Source: Bdellovibrionales bacterium
Lineage (GTDB): Bacteria; Bdellovibrionota; Bdellovibrionia; Bdellovibrionales; UBA1609
Direction of reading: 5' to 3'
Assembly: GCA_965205945.1 (NCBI GenBank)
Contig: CBDBIB010000001.1
Location: 32,001 to 96,000, forward strand
Length of the DNA stretch: 64,000 nt
The translations under genes and the position numbers were made by a program. A model generated the notes under the pieces. The model searched no databases. It was not told where the DNA came from and was given only the letters and a program-made list of their open reading frames with translations. Shown here one piece after another: positions 37,836-48,316 of the stretch. The first letter of the stretch is position 1. Each line of letters begins with the position of its first letter.

Positions 37836-38552
37836 TTAAATTTTTAAAGCTAAGGTACTGTCTCTTTTATATAAAAACCCATCTCTTTTTAAATTTTTAA
37901 ATCCTGATTTTTTAAGTATTCTATTTAACACACCAGTAGCAGCATAAGTTGTAAACACTGAGCCTTTTTCACACTTGATTATAAGGTTTTTTAAAAAACC
38001 TTCCCTCCAAAGTTCTTTACTTGTTTTATTACTATAAGCATCAAACAAAACAATTCTTTTTACATTATTCAGCTTTTGTAAACTTTTCTCATCAAATTTT
38101 TTGTTTACTTTAAGGTTATCTTTTAAAAAAGCTGCTACTTTAAAAACCTCCACCCCCTCTGCCTTAAAAGGTTGCCAAAATAAAGGATATTTATCAAAAT
38201 GCAAAAGTCTTTTTTTAAAAAGAAGTTCTAGTTTTTCTTCCTTTTCAAAGGATAAAATTGTTAGTTTCAAATTCAAACCTGTATTTAAATAAGCATAAGC
38301 CGATAAAATTTCATTATAGCCCATTCCAAGACCAATTGATAAAATTTCAACTTCTTCTCCATTCCTACAATCTTTAAAAAATTGTTCTAAAGCATAAAAA
38401 TAAATAAAAATTGATTCTGATAACGCTCCCCCAAGAGCATGCATCTTTTCTTTTAAACCTATTTGTTTAAGCGTAAAGCTTCCATCTTTAGTTAAAATAG
38501 GTTTAAATTTATTCACTAAATAATCATTAAATTCTTCTTGATCATTCTTCAT
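37836..38552 (-). CDS. mnmD: tRNA mnm5s2U34 methyltransferase (stand-alone MnmC methyltransferase domain)
   Basis: TKDGS.TL, E.MH...GALSES, IGLGMGYN, FDAYS....ELW, FTTYAA.G..R motifs. Start set at ATG 38552. Confidence 0.8.
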   Translation of the reverse strand: MKNDQEEFNDYLVNKFKPILTKDGSFTLKQIGLKEKMHALGGALSESIFIYFYALEQFFKDCRNGEEVEILSIGLGMGYNEILSAYAYLNTGLNLKLTILSFEKEEKLELLFKKRLLHFDKYPLFWQPFKAEGVEVFKVAAFLKDNLKVNKKFDEKSLQKLNNVKRIVLFDAYSNKTSKELWREGFLKNLIIKCEKGSVFTTYAATGVLNRILKKSGFKNLKRDGFLYKRDSTLALKI

Positions 38553-38573
38553 TTTCAAGAGATTTATACCTTA

Positions 38574-39518
38574 ATGCTAAAAAATATACCAGAACAATGG
38601 AACCAACAACCCTTTAACCCTATAAGTAGCTTTTATAAACGTCGTTTTAAAGAAAAAGTGTATAAAATACCCGTCTCTGTTGTAGATAGTTGTCCTAATA
38701 GAGAGGGATTTAAAGGCATGAAAACCTGTATTTTTTGTGATATTTGGGGCTCAGCTGCAAGATCAGAATCTAAGAGTTTTAGCTTAGATATGCAAATAAA
38801 AAAGTATAAACGAATTATTGGTAAAAAATTTAAAGCTAGAAAGTTTCTAGTTTATTTTCAAGCATACACAAATTCATTTGCAAAACTTCAAGCTATTCGT
38901 AAAAACTTTTACCAAGCCTTAGAGGATGAAGATATAGTTGGTTTTGTTGTAGGAACAAGGCCTGATTGTATAAGTCCTGCTCTTTTAAGACTATGGCAAG
39001 AAGTTCATGAAAAGTCTTTTGTCTCTATCGAGCTTGGGGCGCAAACATTTAAAAATAGCAAGTTAGAGTGGCTCAAACGTGGACACAGTAACAAACAAAC
39101 CCTTAACGCCATTAAAAAAATTCAAACAGAAACGAATGTTGATCTAGGCCTTCACTTTATGTTCGGCCTTCCTAATGAAACACAAGAAGAGATTCAAGAA
39201 GCTGCTCAAATTACTGCAGATCTTAAAATTACAAACGTAAAACTTCATAATCTGCATGTTCTAAAAAACACTCCTTTAGAGAAAGACTACTTTAATCATA
39301 AATTTAAACCTTGCACACTAGAAGAATACTGTAAAAAAGTAGGCTATTTTTTATCTCACCTTCCACCTCATATTTATGTGCACAGACTTGCAGCCCTTGC
39401 ATCACGCTGGGAAGAGCTTATTGCTCCAGATTGGACGAGATATAAAATGGATACTCATCAAAAAATTTTAAATTACCTTAAGCAGCACAATATCACTCAA
39501 GGATGTGCGCTAAGCTAA
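38574..39518 (+). CDS. TIGR01212 family radical SAM protein (YhcC/YtqA-like)
   Basis: CPNREG....TCIFC, YFQAYTN, GTRPDC, ELGAQT, RGH, KLHNLHVLKNT. Start set at ATG 38574. Confidence 0.9.
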   Translation: MLKNIPEQWNQQPFNPISSFYKRRFKEKVYKIPVSVVDSCPNREGFKGMKTCIFCDIWGSAARSESKSFSLDMQIKKYKRIIGKKFKARKFLVYFQAYTNSFAKLQAIRKNFYQALEDEDIVGFVVGTRPDCISPALLRLWQEVHEKSFVSIELGAQTFKNSKLEWLKRGHSNKQTLNAIKKIQTETNVDLGLHFMFGLPNETQEEIQEAAQITADLKITNVKLHNLHVLKNTPLEKDYFNHKFKPCTLEEYCKKVGYFLSHLPPHIYVHRLAALASRWEELIAPDWTRYKMDTHQKILNYLKQHNITQGCALS

Positions 39519-39722
39519 GGTTTTATAGAATAAAGCATGAACTGCTCTAACGCTTTCTTAAGAGCTATAAACAATTCTGTTAAAAACTTACCTTAAATTA
39601 CACACTTGTTATAAAACAATGCTTTTAACTCTTTTTTCACAGCCAAATCTTAACATATTAATTCAATGCACAAAAATCCAAAGAGATATTCGAATCTTAA
39701 ATTTTTTGTTAAATTATTACTT

Positions 39723-40415
39723 ATGAATACAAAATTAGTTATTGTTAGACATGGGCAAAGTCAGTGGAACCTTGAAAACCGCTTTACAGGATGGACAGAT
39801 GTTCCACTCACTGATCAGGGAAGAAAGGAAGCTCAAAAGGCTGGAGAAAAAATTAAAGAATTAAATATTACGTTTTTAAAAGCATACACCTCAGTATTAA
39901 CAAGAGCCATTCATACCCTTTGGGAGATTTTAAATATAACTAATTTAAACTGGCTTCCTGTAATAAAAGACTATCGTTTAAATGAAAAAAATTATGGCGC
40001 GCTAACAGGATTAAACAAAAAAGAAATTTTAAAAAAATATGGAGAACATCAAGTTTTTAAATGGCGTCGAAGCTTTGACATTCTTCCCCCTCAACTTGAA
40101 ATGGATGACGATCGACACCCTATTTACGATTCTAGATACAAAGATATGCTCTCCGCTACAGATCTTCCAACTGGTGAATCCTTAAAAATTACACTCAAAC
40201 GCTTTATACCTTTATGGAAAAATGAAATTGCTTTAAAATTAAAGGATGGAAAAAATCTTCTTATTGTCGCCCATGGAAACTCATTAAGAGCTTTAATACT
40301 AAATCTTGAAAGTCTTTCCCCTAAAGACATTACACAAGTTGAAATCAAAACAGGAATTCCCATTTGCTATACTCTTGATAAAAACTTAAAGATTTTAAAA
40401 AAACAAATTCTTTAA
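39723..40415 (+). CDS. gpmA: 2,3-bisphosphoglycerate-dependent phosphoglycerate mutase
   Basis: RHGQSQWNLENRFTGWTDV, LNE..YGALTG, WRRS, AHGNSLRAL. Confidence 0.95.
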   Translation: MNTKLVIVRHGQSQWNLENRFTGWTDVPLTDQGRKEAQKAGEKIKELNITFLKAYTSVLTRAIHTLWEILNITNLNWLPVIKDYRLNEKNYGALTGLNKKEILKKYGEHQVFKWRRSFDILPPQLEMDDDRHPIYDSRYKDMLSATDLPTGESLKITLKRFIPLWKNEIALKLKDGKNLLIVAHGNSLRALILNLESLSPKDITQVEIKTGIPICYTLDKNLKILKKQIL

Positions 40416-41065
40416 TCAGTTTTTCTAATAAAAATCTGATAAGAATTCCAAATAAGCACTACTAAAATAAATCCGCAAATACCACCTAATACAAACTGAA
40501 ATTTTCTCATTAAATCAACTATAACTTCCCCATAATAAGAAATTAAAAAAATTTGCGTTGGAACAACAGCTAAAATAACTAGCCCATCTACAACTAAAAA
40601 TGTGCTTCGCCTAACTCCTAAAGCACCACAAAGTAAATGCCCCGGAAACCTCAATCCTGGAATAAGTCGAAAAAGCCCTGGAACAATTCGACCCCATTTA
40701 CGAGCCCAAGATTTAACCATGTTTAGTCTTTTTTCAGAAACAATTTTTTTAAACCAGTTAGATGCAAGTACCGATGGACCGTAGTTTTGACCAATAGAGT
40801 AGACAACAAAATCTGAAAAATAAATACTTAAGCTACATACAAGCATTGCTGGTATAATCTGCACATGAGGGGCTCCTAAAAAAGGTGGAGGATACAGGTC
40901 TGGCCTTGAACCTACATAAGATAAAATGCCTAAACTGATAATAGAAATTTCTTCTGGCACAGGAAGACCTAAGCTTGATAAAAACATGACAATAATTACA
41001 AAAGTATAAACCATATAAGGCTCAAAAGTATACTCTTTAAGCAGTTCAAATAAAAAACCTTCCAT
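40412..41065 (-). CDS. DedA family membrane protein
   Basis: GLPVPEE, D...Y.IG, FRLIPGLR motifs. Confidence 0.88.
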   Translation of the reverse strand: MEGFLFELLKEYTFEPYMVYTFVIIVMFLSSLGLPVPEEISIISLGILSYVGSRPDLYPPPFLGAPHVQIIPAMLVCSLSIYFSDFVVYSIGQNYGPSVLASNWFKKIVSEKRLNMVKSWARKWGRIVPGLFRLIPGLRFPGHLLCGALGVRRSTFLVVDGLVILAVVPTQIFLISYYGEVIVDLMRKFQFVLGGICGFILVVLIWNSYQIFIRKTD

Positions 41066-41188
41066 TGCTTATTTTTTAAGCCTCCTCTATATTTTTTAAA
41101 ATCTTTACTTTAATAATTTTATAAAATTATATAGGGTTATCCTAAGATTATTTTACATACAAACTCTAACTACTAATAAGGCTTTATA

Positions 41189-42871
41189 ATGGAAAAACCT
41201 TGGCTAAAACACTACCCTAAAAATGTTAAACATAGTATCGACTCTAATGAAGTTGTAACGATAGACGAACTTTTTAAAAAAGCAACTTCTAAATTTCAAG
41301 ATCATATTGCATATCAAAATTTTGGTGTTGACCTAAGCTTTGGAGAGCTAGACAAGCTTTCAAATAATTTTGCATCATTCTTAACATATTCTCTTAAACT
41401 TAAAAAAGGTGACCGCATAGCCATTCAATTGCCCAATATCCTACAATACCCTATTGCTCTTTTTGGGGCTATTAAGGCTGGTTTAATTGTTGTTAATACA
41501 AACCCTCTTTACACCAAACGAGAAATGGCACATCAATTTAATGATTCTGGAGCAAAGGCTATTGTGATCTTAAGTAATTTTGCTCATAATCTTGATAAAA
41601 TAATTAAAGACACACCCATTAAACATGTTGTTGTAACAAATGTTGGTGATATGCTTAGCTTTCCTAAAAATTTAATTGTCAACTTTAGTTTAAAATATAT
41701 AAAAAAACAAGTCCCTCCTTACAATCTTGCAGAGGCTTACACTTTTCATGGAGCTTTAAACCGTGGTAAAACAAGACAGTTTAAACCCTTTGCCATTGAC
41801 CCTGAAGACATTGTTTTCTTACAGTATACAGGAGGAACAACCGGTGTTTCTAAAGGGGCTAAACTTACACACAAAAATATCACTTCAAATATGCTTCAGA
41901 TAACTGCATGGATTGATCCTATATTAAAAACTGGAGCTGAAGTTATCCTTACTCCTCTTCCTCTCTATCATATCTTCTCTCTTACCGTTAATTGCCTCGG
42001 ATTTTTACACCTTGGCGGAAAAAATATTCTTATTACAAACCCTAGAGACATAAAAAGTTTTATTAAAGTTATGAAGAAAACTCCTTTTACACTTATGAGC
42101 GGCGTGAACACTCTTTATAATGCCTTATTAAACCACCCTGATTTTAAAAATATTAATTTTTCCTCTTTAAAACTTTCTGTTGCTGGAGGAATGGCTTTAC
42201 AAAAAAGTGTGGTTACAAAATGGGAAGAAAAAACAAAAACTCCACTTATTGAAGCTTATGGTTTAACCGAAACTTCTCCTGCAGCGTCTGCTAATCCTGT
42301 TGATGGTAGTGGTTACATTGGAACAATTGGGGTCCCTTTACCATCAACTCTTATCAAACTTGTAAATGATGACGATAATATTTCAAAAGATAATGAACGA
42401 GGAGAAATTTATATTAAAGGTCCTCAAGTAATGAAAGGTTACTGGAATAAACCTGAGGAGACCTTAAATATTTTAACTTCTGATGGATGGGTAAAAACAG
42501 GTGATATTGCCACTATTACAGATAAAGGTTATTTTAAAATAATTGATCGTAAAAAAGACATGATTCTAGTTTCAGGTTTTAATGTTTACCCCAATGAGGT
42601 TGAAGATGTCATTTCTAGCCACCCTGAAGTTTTAGAAGTAGCTGCAATAGGAGTTCCTTCTAAAAGATCTGGAGAATGTGTTAAAATTTGTGTTGTTAAA
42701 AAAAATAAAAACCTTACAAAAGAAGCTCTTACCGATTATGCAAAGAAAAATTTAACAGGCTACAAAACTCCTAATATTATTGAATTTTATAAAGAACTTC
42801 CAAAAACTAACATCGGTAAAATTTTAAGACGCGCTTTAAAAGAAGAGCATCTTCAAAGGTTAAAGCCTTAA
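41189..42871 (+). CDS. fadD: Long-chain-fatty-acid--CoA ligase
   Basis: LQYTGGTTGVSKGA, YGLTE, GPQVMKGYW, DRKKDMILVSGFNVYPNE. Confidence 0.93.
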   Translation: MEKPWLKHYPKNVKHSIDSNEVVTIDELFKKATSKFQDHIAYQNFGVDLSFGELDKLSNNFASFLTYSLKLKKGDRIAIQLPNILQYPIALFGAIKAGLIVVNTNPLYTKREMAHQFNDSGAKAIVILSNFAHNLDKIIKDTPIKHVVVTNVGDMLSFPKNLIVNFSLKYIKKQVPPYNLAEAYTFHGALNRGKTRQFKPFAIDPEDIVFLQYTGGTTGVSKGAKLTHKNITSNMLQITAWIDPILKTGAEVILTPLPLYHIFSLTVNCLGFLHLGGKNILITNPRDIKSFIKVMKKTPFTLMSGVNTLYNALLNHPDFKNINFSSLKLSVAGGMALQKSVVTKWEEKTKTPLIEAYGLTETSPAASANPVDGSGYIGTIGVPLPSTLIKLVNDDDNISKDNERGEIYIKGPQVMKGYWNKPEETLNILTSDGWVKTGDIATITDKGYFKIIDRKKDMILVSGFNVYPNEVEDVISSHPEVLEVAAIGVPSKRSGECVKICVVKKNKNLTKEALTDYAKKNLTGYKTPNIIEFYKELPKTNIGKILRRALKEEHLQRLKP

Positions 42872-42888
42872 TAAAATAGGATTTAAAC

Positions 42889-44277
42889 ATGTCAAAATCA
42901 GTTACAGGACTGTCAACAAGTTTTAAAGCACTTAAAATTAATAATAATGAGTCTCGTTATGGATCTTTTGCTGAAATAGGAGCCGGTCAAGAAGCTGCAA
43001 GGCATTTTTTTCAAGCTGGTCATGCTTCTGGAACAATTGCAAAATCAATCTCTGCTTATGATATGACTTTTAGTGATGAAATTTATGGCAAAGAAGAAAG
43101 TGGTAGATATATTTGCAAGTCTAGACTTTTAAAAATGCTTTTAAAGGAATTTAATCTTTTAAACAATCGCCTTTCTAAAACAAGAGGAAAAAATTCTGCT
43201 TTCTTTTCTTTTGCTAATACTGTTGCAACAAATAAAAAGCATGGTTGGTTAGGAATTAAATACCAACTCTCCCCTCTTTCTCCTGCTCAGAATATAGTTC
43301 TTCATGTTAAAATGCTAGACCACACAAGATTACAACAATCTGAGGCCCTTGGTATTTTAGGAGTTAATCTTATATTTGGAGCCTTTGAACTTCATCAAGA
43401 TCCTAAAAAATTAATTGAATCATTAACTGATAATATTAGTTCTGGAAGAATTGAAATTGATCTTATCGAATTTACAGGATCTAAATTTAAGGACATCGAT
43501 AATCGTTTAATGTGCCTAGAACTTGTAAAACAAGGACTCACTCAAAATGTTGTATTTAACCCTAAAGGTGAAACCTCCACACTTTCTGAAGAGTTTTTTG
43601 AAAAATCTATTTTTCTACTTCGAGGTGAGTTTAGACCTATTACAAAAATTGATATTAAAATATTGAATCTAAGTTGTAAACAATTTAGAAAAGATTTTAA
43701 TCTAAAAAAAACAACTCCTCTTTTAGAAATCACTATGGCTCGTCTAAAAAAAATAGACAACAAGGTTCATCGCCAAGATTTCTTAGATCGTGTAGACACT
43801 TTAGCATATCTAGGATTTAGAGTTATGATTTCAAACTATAATTTTTATTATCAAGTCAAACAAGCTTTAAGAAATATTACAAAAGAACCACTTGGAATGG
43901 CAATCGGTGGGCATCATTTAAATTACTTTTTTAAAGAAGATCATTACAAACATTTAACTGGTGGAGTTTTTGAAGCTTCTTCAAAGTTATTCGACTCTAA
44001 ATCCACGGTTTACATCTTTCCCTATAAATCTAATAAAACCTGTACTACCTTAAAAACCTATATTACAGACCCTGTATCACAAAAATTGATTAATTACCTT
44101 TCTGAAAAAAAAAATATCCAAGAGCTTGCTGATTGTAATAATATTGAAAATTCAATCTTATCATCTCAAGTCAGAATACTTTTACAAAAAGGCAGTCCTG
44201 AATGGAAATCTCTTGTCCCTGAAAAAATAGTAAAATTTATTGAAAAAAAGAGATTATTTCAATACAAAAAAACCTAA
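42889..44277 (+). CDS. Nucleotidyltransferase-like protein (family annotated as nicotinate-nucleotide adenylyltransferase-like)
   Basis: YGSFAEIGAGQE.AR.FF.AG.ASGTIAK..SAYDM..SD.IYG, RG.FRPIT, SS..VR motifs. Confidence 0.6.
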   Translation: MSKSVTGLSTSFKALKINNNESRYGSFAEIGAGQEAARHFFQAGHASGTIAKSISAYDMTFSDEIYGKEESGRYICKSRLLKMLLKEFNLLNNRLSKTRGKNSAFFSFANTVATNKKHGWLGIKYQLSPLSPAQNIVLHVKMLDHTRLQQSEALGILGVNLIFGAFELHQDPKKLIESLTDNISSGRIEIDLIEFTGSKFKDIDNRLMCLELVKQGLTQNVVFNPKGETSTLSEEFFEKSIFLLRGEFRPITKIDIKILNLSCKQFRKDFNLKKTTPLLEITMARLKKIDNKVHRQDFLDRVDTLAYLGFRVMISNYNFYYQVKQALRNITKEPLGMAIGGHHLNYFFKEDHYKHLTGGVFEASSKLFDSKSTVYIFPYKSNKTCTTLKTYITDPVSQKLINYLSEKKNIQELADCNNIENSILSSQVRILLQKGSPEWKSLVPEKIVKFIEKKRLFQYKKT

Positions 44278-44736
44278 TAATCTAGAAAAAATCATTAGCA
44301 TCCTTAAACCTTAAAAAAAAAGAACGCCTCATAGATATGCAAATAAATTGTAGGCTCCATTAAGATTTAAAACCCTGGCCACAATTAGATACACCCTTTA
44401 CAATCACATGGCCTAAGTAGTGAGAACATAGCCTATGGATGTTTAACACAACCAAACCCAGTATAAACGAATACTAAATTTTTGACCACAAAGAAAGTTA
44501 AAAAAGCTCCATCTCTTTTGTTAAAGTTTCCACCACAAAAAACCTCTTCAAACAAAGTATTAACTCGTAGGTTAAGCCCACCAAAATAGAATGTTACAGT
44601 AGATTTAAAAAGTTCGAAACTCTACTTTTACTATTAAAACTAAAAGTGTAGTGAATAAACTTTTAGACCCTTAATTGTGATTATTAATAATTGTTTAATT
44701 TTATTTTTAAAAGCCGCACTTAAAAAAAATTAGTAT

Positions 44737-46155
44737 TTATTTATCTATCTTAGTTGGATATTCTCCTGTAAAACAAGCCGAACAGTAATCCCAATTCTCC
44801 ATAGTATTTCCTTTAGACACCGCTGTAACTAAGCCTTCATTTGAAAGATATGCTAATGAATCTGCACCTATATATTCTTGAATTTCTTTAATAGATTTAC
44901 TTGAAGCAATCAATTGTTCTTTTTCAGGAGTATCTACACCATAATAACAAGGGCCTGTAGTTGGGGGAGACGAAACTCTAAAATGAACTTCTTTTACACC
45001 GGCTTGCCTAATTAAATTAATAATTTTTTTACTTGTAGTTCCTCTAACAATTGAATCATCAACTAAAACCACTCTTCTACCTTCAAGAATCAGTTTTTGA
45101 GGATTAAGTTTAATTTTAACTCCTGAATTTCTAATAGCTTGAGTTGGTTGAATAAATGTTCTTCCAATATAATGATTTCTAATAATGCCCATTTCAAATG
45201 GAATTCCTGATGCCTCTGAAAAACCTAATGCTGCAGGAACTCCTGAGTCAGGAACGGGAATAACAAAGTCTGCTGCAACTACAGATTCCTTTGCCAACAT
45301 TCTTCCCATATTTTTTCTAACCGAATAAACATGTTTTCCAAAAACTTGTGAATCAGGCCTTGCAAAATAAACATGCTCAAAAACACAATGCTTAAATTTT
45401 TCTGTTCTTTTAGTAAAAAAGCTTGATTCTAAACCTTTTTCTGAAATTTTTAAAACCTCCCCAGGTTTAATAACTCTAATAAAATCAGCTCCGATTAGAT
45501 CAAAAGCACAAGTCTCTGAAGCCACAACATAAGACTCTCCCCCATCAAACTTTCTTTTTCCTAAAACAAGAGGCCTAAAACCTTTTGCATCTCTAATAAC
45601 ATAAAGAGCATCTTTATTTAAAAGAACCATTGAAAAAGCTCCTTCTAACTTCTTAGCAGAATCTATAAGACAAGTATTTAAATCATTACTTTGATGTTTA
45701 GCTAAAAGATGAAGTAAACATTCTGTATCACTTGTTCCCTGAAAAATTGAACCTTCTTTTTTTAAAATTTTTCTTAAGTCTTTAGAATTCACAAGATTTC
45801 CATTATGAGCAATCGCTAAAGGACCATTAAGCAGTTGAGCTGTTAATGGTTGAGCATTATTTAAAAGATTTCTTCCTGTAGTTGAATACCTGACATGACC
45901 AATTGCAACAGTACCTTTAAGTCTTTTTAAATTCTTTTCTTTAAAAATATCTCCAACAAGCCCCCTTCCTCTATCAATAATGTGATACCCATGTTCATCT
46001 AAAGAAACTATACCTGCAGACTCTTGCCCTCTGTGTTGTTGAGCATATAAACCCATAAAAGTAATTCTTGAAGCTTCTGGATCTCCAAAAACACCAAATA
46101 CAGCACATTCTTCTTTCCATAAACCACCCATTGCATCAAGATTATTAATTTCCAA
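44737..46155 (-). CDS. purF: Amidophosphoribosyltransferase
   Basis: EECAVFG, QHRGQESAGI, GHVRYST, VDDSIVRGTT, CYYGVD. Confidence 0.97.
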   Translation of the reverse strand: MEINNLDAMGGLWKEECAVFGVFGDPEASRITFMGLYAQQHRGQESAGIVSLDEHGYHIIDRGRGLVGDIFKEKNLKRLKGTVAIGHVRYSTTGRNLLNNAQPLTAQLLNGPLAIAHNGNLVNSKDLRKILKKEGSIFQGTSDTECLLHLLAKHQSNDLNTCLIDSAKKLEGAFSMVLLNKDALYVIRDAKGFRPLVLGKRKFDGGESYVVASETCAFDLIGADFIRVIKPGEVLKISEKGLESSFFTKRTEKFKHCVFEHVYFARPDSQVFGKHVYSVRKNMGRMLAKESVVAADFVIPVPDSGVPAALGFSEASGIPFEMGIIRNHYIGRTFIQPTQAIRNSGVKIKLNPQKLILEGRRVVLVDDSIVRGTTSKKIINLIRQAGVKEVHFRVSSPPTTGPCYYGVDTPEKEQLIASSKSIKEIQEYIGADSLAYLSNEGLVTAVSKGNTMENWDYCSACFTGEYPTKIDK

Positions 46156-48316
46156 GGTGTTTCTCCCAACCAGTACACTGAAGATTATTAATTTCTTTTA
46201 ATGAAAACTTTTCATCAAAATATTCAAAAATTCCTGTCTTATTTGTTTCACCAAGATAAACTAATTTAAAACAAGATTTCGGAAATTTAAAGTTTTTATC
46301 TATTTCTAAAATCACTTGATACATTCGTTCAGTTTTTAAAAGTTTTTTTAAAACAGATGGATTTAATTTAAACCCTATGCCCTCATTTATCATTTGAGAT
46401 AATGCATACTGAGGTCCAAATTTACCCACTAATCTACTAGATTTAATATCTCCATTAAATGCAAGATCATATAGATAATCACAAAAAGTTTTTGTTAAAG
46501 TAATATTTAAATCTCCACTTCCCCAAGGCTTTTGTTTTTTTAGATCACCGGAATAACCGGACCAAGTAAAATCCCCACACTCAATCATTATAACTTTAGA
46601 CCCTGGATTAGTGAATATTGATTTTGGAAGTTTATTTTCTAAATCTGTAAGCTTTTGATCTCTTAAACCAACAATACATGTTGCAGGTGTTGAAGTAATA
46701 TTTTCTCCTTTAGTTTCATTATACAAACTCACATTACCAGAAATAATAGGAGCTTTAAAGGCCTCACAGGCCTCACTCATAGCCTTTAAACTATTTGTAA
46801 ATTCACTCATAATACTTTCTTTTTGAGGGTTTCCAAAATTCAAACAATCTGTCACAGCCCAAGGTCTAAAGCCTTTAAGAGATAATTGAATTGCTGGGCC
46901 TAAAATAGCGTCCTTACCACCTAAGATTGGTGATAACTCCATTAATAACGGTCTGCAACCTAAAACCATTGCTAAGGGCCTACCGCTTTCTGGAAGCCTT
47001 ATAATGCCAATGGGACTTGAGCAGTCAGAAACTGTTTTAGCCCCAACTCTTTGATCATACTGATTATAAATCCATTTTCTTGAACAACCTTGCAGAGAAG
47101 AGAAAACCTCTTTAAGGTCTAAAAGCTTAGATTCACCTTTTATAGGCACCCATTTAAGCCTATGATGAGGTCTATCATATCTTGGAGCTTTTTTAATAAT
47201 ATCAAAAGGATTAATTTCACAAACAAGTTCATTCTTCCAATAAATTTTAATCTTTTTTTCCTTCTTCACTTCACCAATAACAACAGCTTCTAAACCCCAT
47301 TTAGAAAAAATTTCTTTAACCTTTTCTACATTCTCTTTAAAAACAGTCATCAACATTCTTTCCTGACTCTCAGATAACAAGATTTCTTCAGGATTCATAG
47401 TTTCATCCCTTAAAGGGACTTTTGAGAGATTAAGATCTAGACCGAATCCACCACCTACTGACATTTCAAAACTAGAACTAGTGATTCCTGCAGCACCCAT
47501 ATCTTGTACAGATTCAGCAAGACCTTTTCTCATAACCTCTAAACAACTTTCAATTAAACATTTTTCATAAAAAGGATCTCCAATTTGGATGGTCGGTCTT
47601 TTAGATTCACTCCCCTCATTAAAAGACTCACTAGCCATTGAAGCCCCATGAACACCATCTTTTCCAGTTTTAGCACCAACATAGATAACTTTACTTCCAG
47701 GGTTTTTAATTTTTGAAGAAATAATTTTATCATTCTTACCGTAATAGCCTAAAGCAAACGCATTCACTAAATTATTTTTATTATAAGTTTTATTAAATTC
47801 AGTTTGTCCTGAAATATTTGAAACTCCGACACAGTTTCCATAAAAAGAAATTCCTGAAACCACACCTTCAACAAGGGTTTGTAGTCTCTTAGACCCAGAT
47901 TCTCCAAAACAAATATAGTTAGCTAAAGCTATCGGTCTTGCCCCCATAGTAAAAATATCTCTTAAAATTCCACCAACACCTGTAGCAGCCCCTTGAAAAG
48001 GTTCAATAAAACTTGGATGATTATGGCTTTCCATTTTAAAAGCTACCCTTTCACCTTGTCCAAGATCTACAACACCAGCATTTTCATCCTCTTTAGAAAC
48101 AACAATTCTAGATTTAGTGTACAAATTCTTAAGATGATTCTTAGAACTCTTATAACTACAGTGCTCGCTCCATAAAGCTGAAAATAAAGCCCACTCAATT
48201 AGCGTTGGCTCTTTATGACCTTTTTCTTGACCTAAAATATCACAAGCCGTTACATATTCATCTTTACTTAAGCCATAATGTTTTAATTTTTCATCTAAAG
48301 TCCTTAAACCCTTCAT
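46145..48316 (-). CDS. purL: FGAM synthase subunit PurL (small form)
   Basis: WSEHCSYKSS, ESHNHPS, GAATGVGGILRD, QDMGAAG, SESQERM. Confidence 0.97.
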   Translation of the reverse strand: MKGLRTLDEKLKHYGLSKDEYVTACDILGQEKGHKEPTLIEWALFSALWSEHCSYKSSKNHLKNLYTKSRIVVSKEDENAGVVDLGQGERVAFKMESHNHPSFIEPFQGAATGVGGILRDIFTMGARPIALANYICFGESGSKRLQTLVEGVVSGISFYGNCVGVSNISGQTEFNKTYNKNNLVNAFALGYYGKNDKIISSKIKNPGSKVIYVGAKTGKDGVHGASMASESFNEGSESKRPTIQIGDPFYEKCLIESCLEVMRKGLAESVQDMGAAGITSSSFEMSVGGGFGLDLNLSKVPLRDETMNPEEILLSESQERMLMTVFKENVEKVKEIFSKWGLEAVVIGEVKKEKKIKIYWKNELVCEINPFDIIKKAPRYDRPHHRLKWVPIKGESKLLDLKEVFSSLQGCSRKWIYNQYDQRVGAKTVSDCSSPIGIIRLPESGRPLAMVLGCRPLLMELSPILGGKDAILGPAIQLSLKGFRPWAVTDCLNFGNPQKESIMSEFTNSLKAMSEACEAFKAPIISGNVSLYNETKGENITSTPATCIVGLRDQKLTDLENKLPKSIFTNPGSKVIMIECGDFTWSGYSGDLKKQKPWGSGDLNITLTKTFCDYLYDLAFNGDIKSSRLVGKFGPQYALSQMINEGIGFKLNPSVLKKLLKTERMYQVILEIDKNFKFPKSCFKLVYLGETNKTGIFEYFDEKFSLKEINNLQCTGWEKHLGN

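Noticed and set aside
44278..44736. Possible gene or ncRNA in the 460-bp gap between convergent genes
   Set aside because: Only short interrupted frames and no recognisable motif or stable structure.
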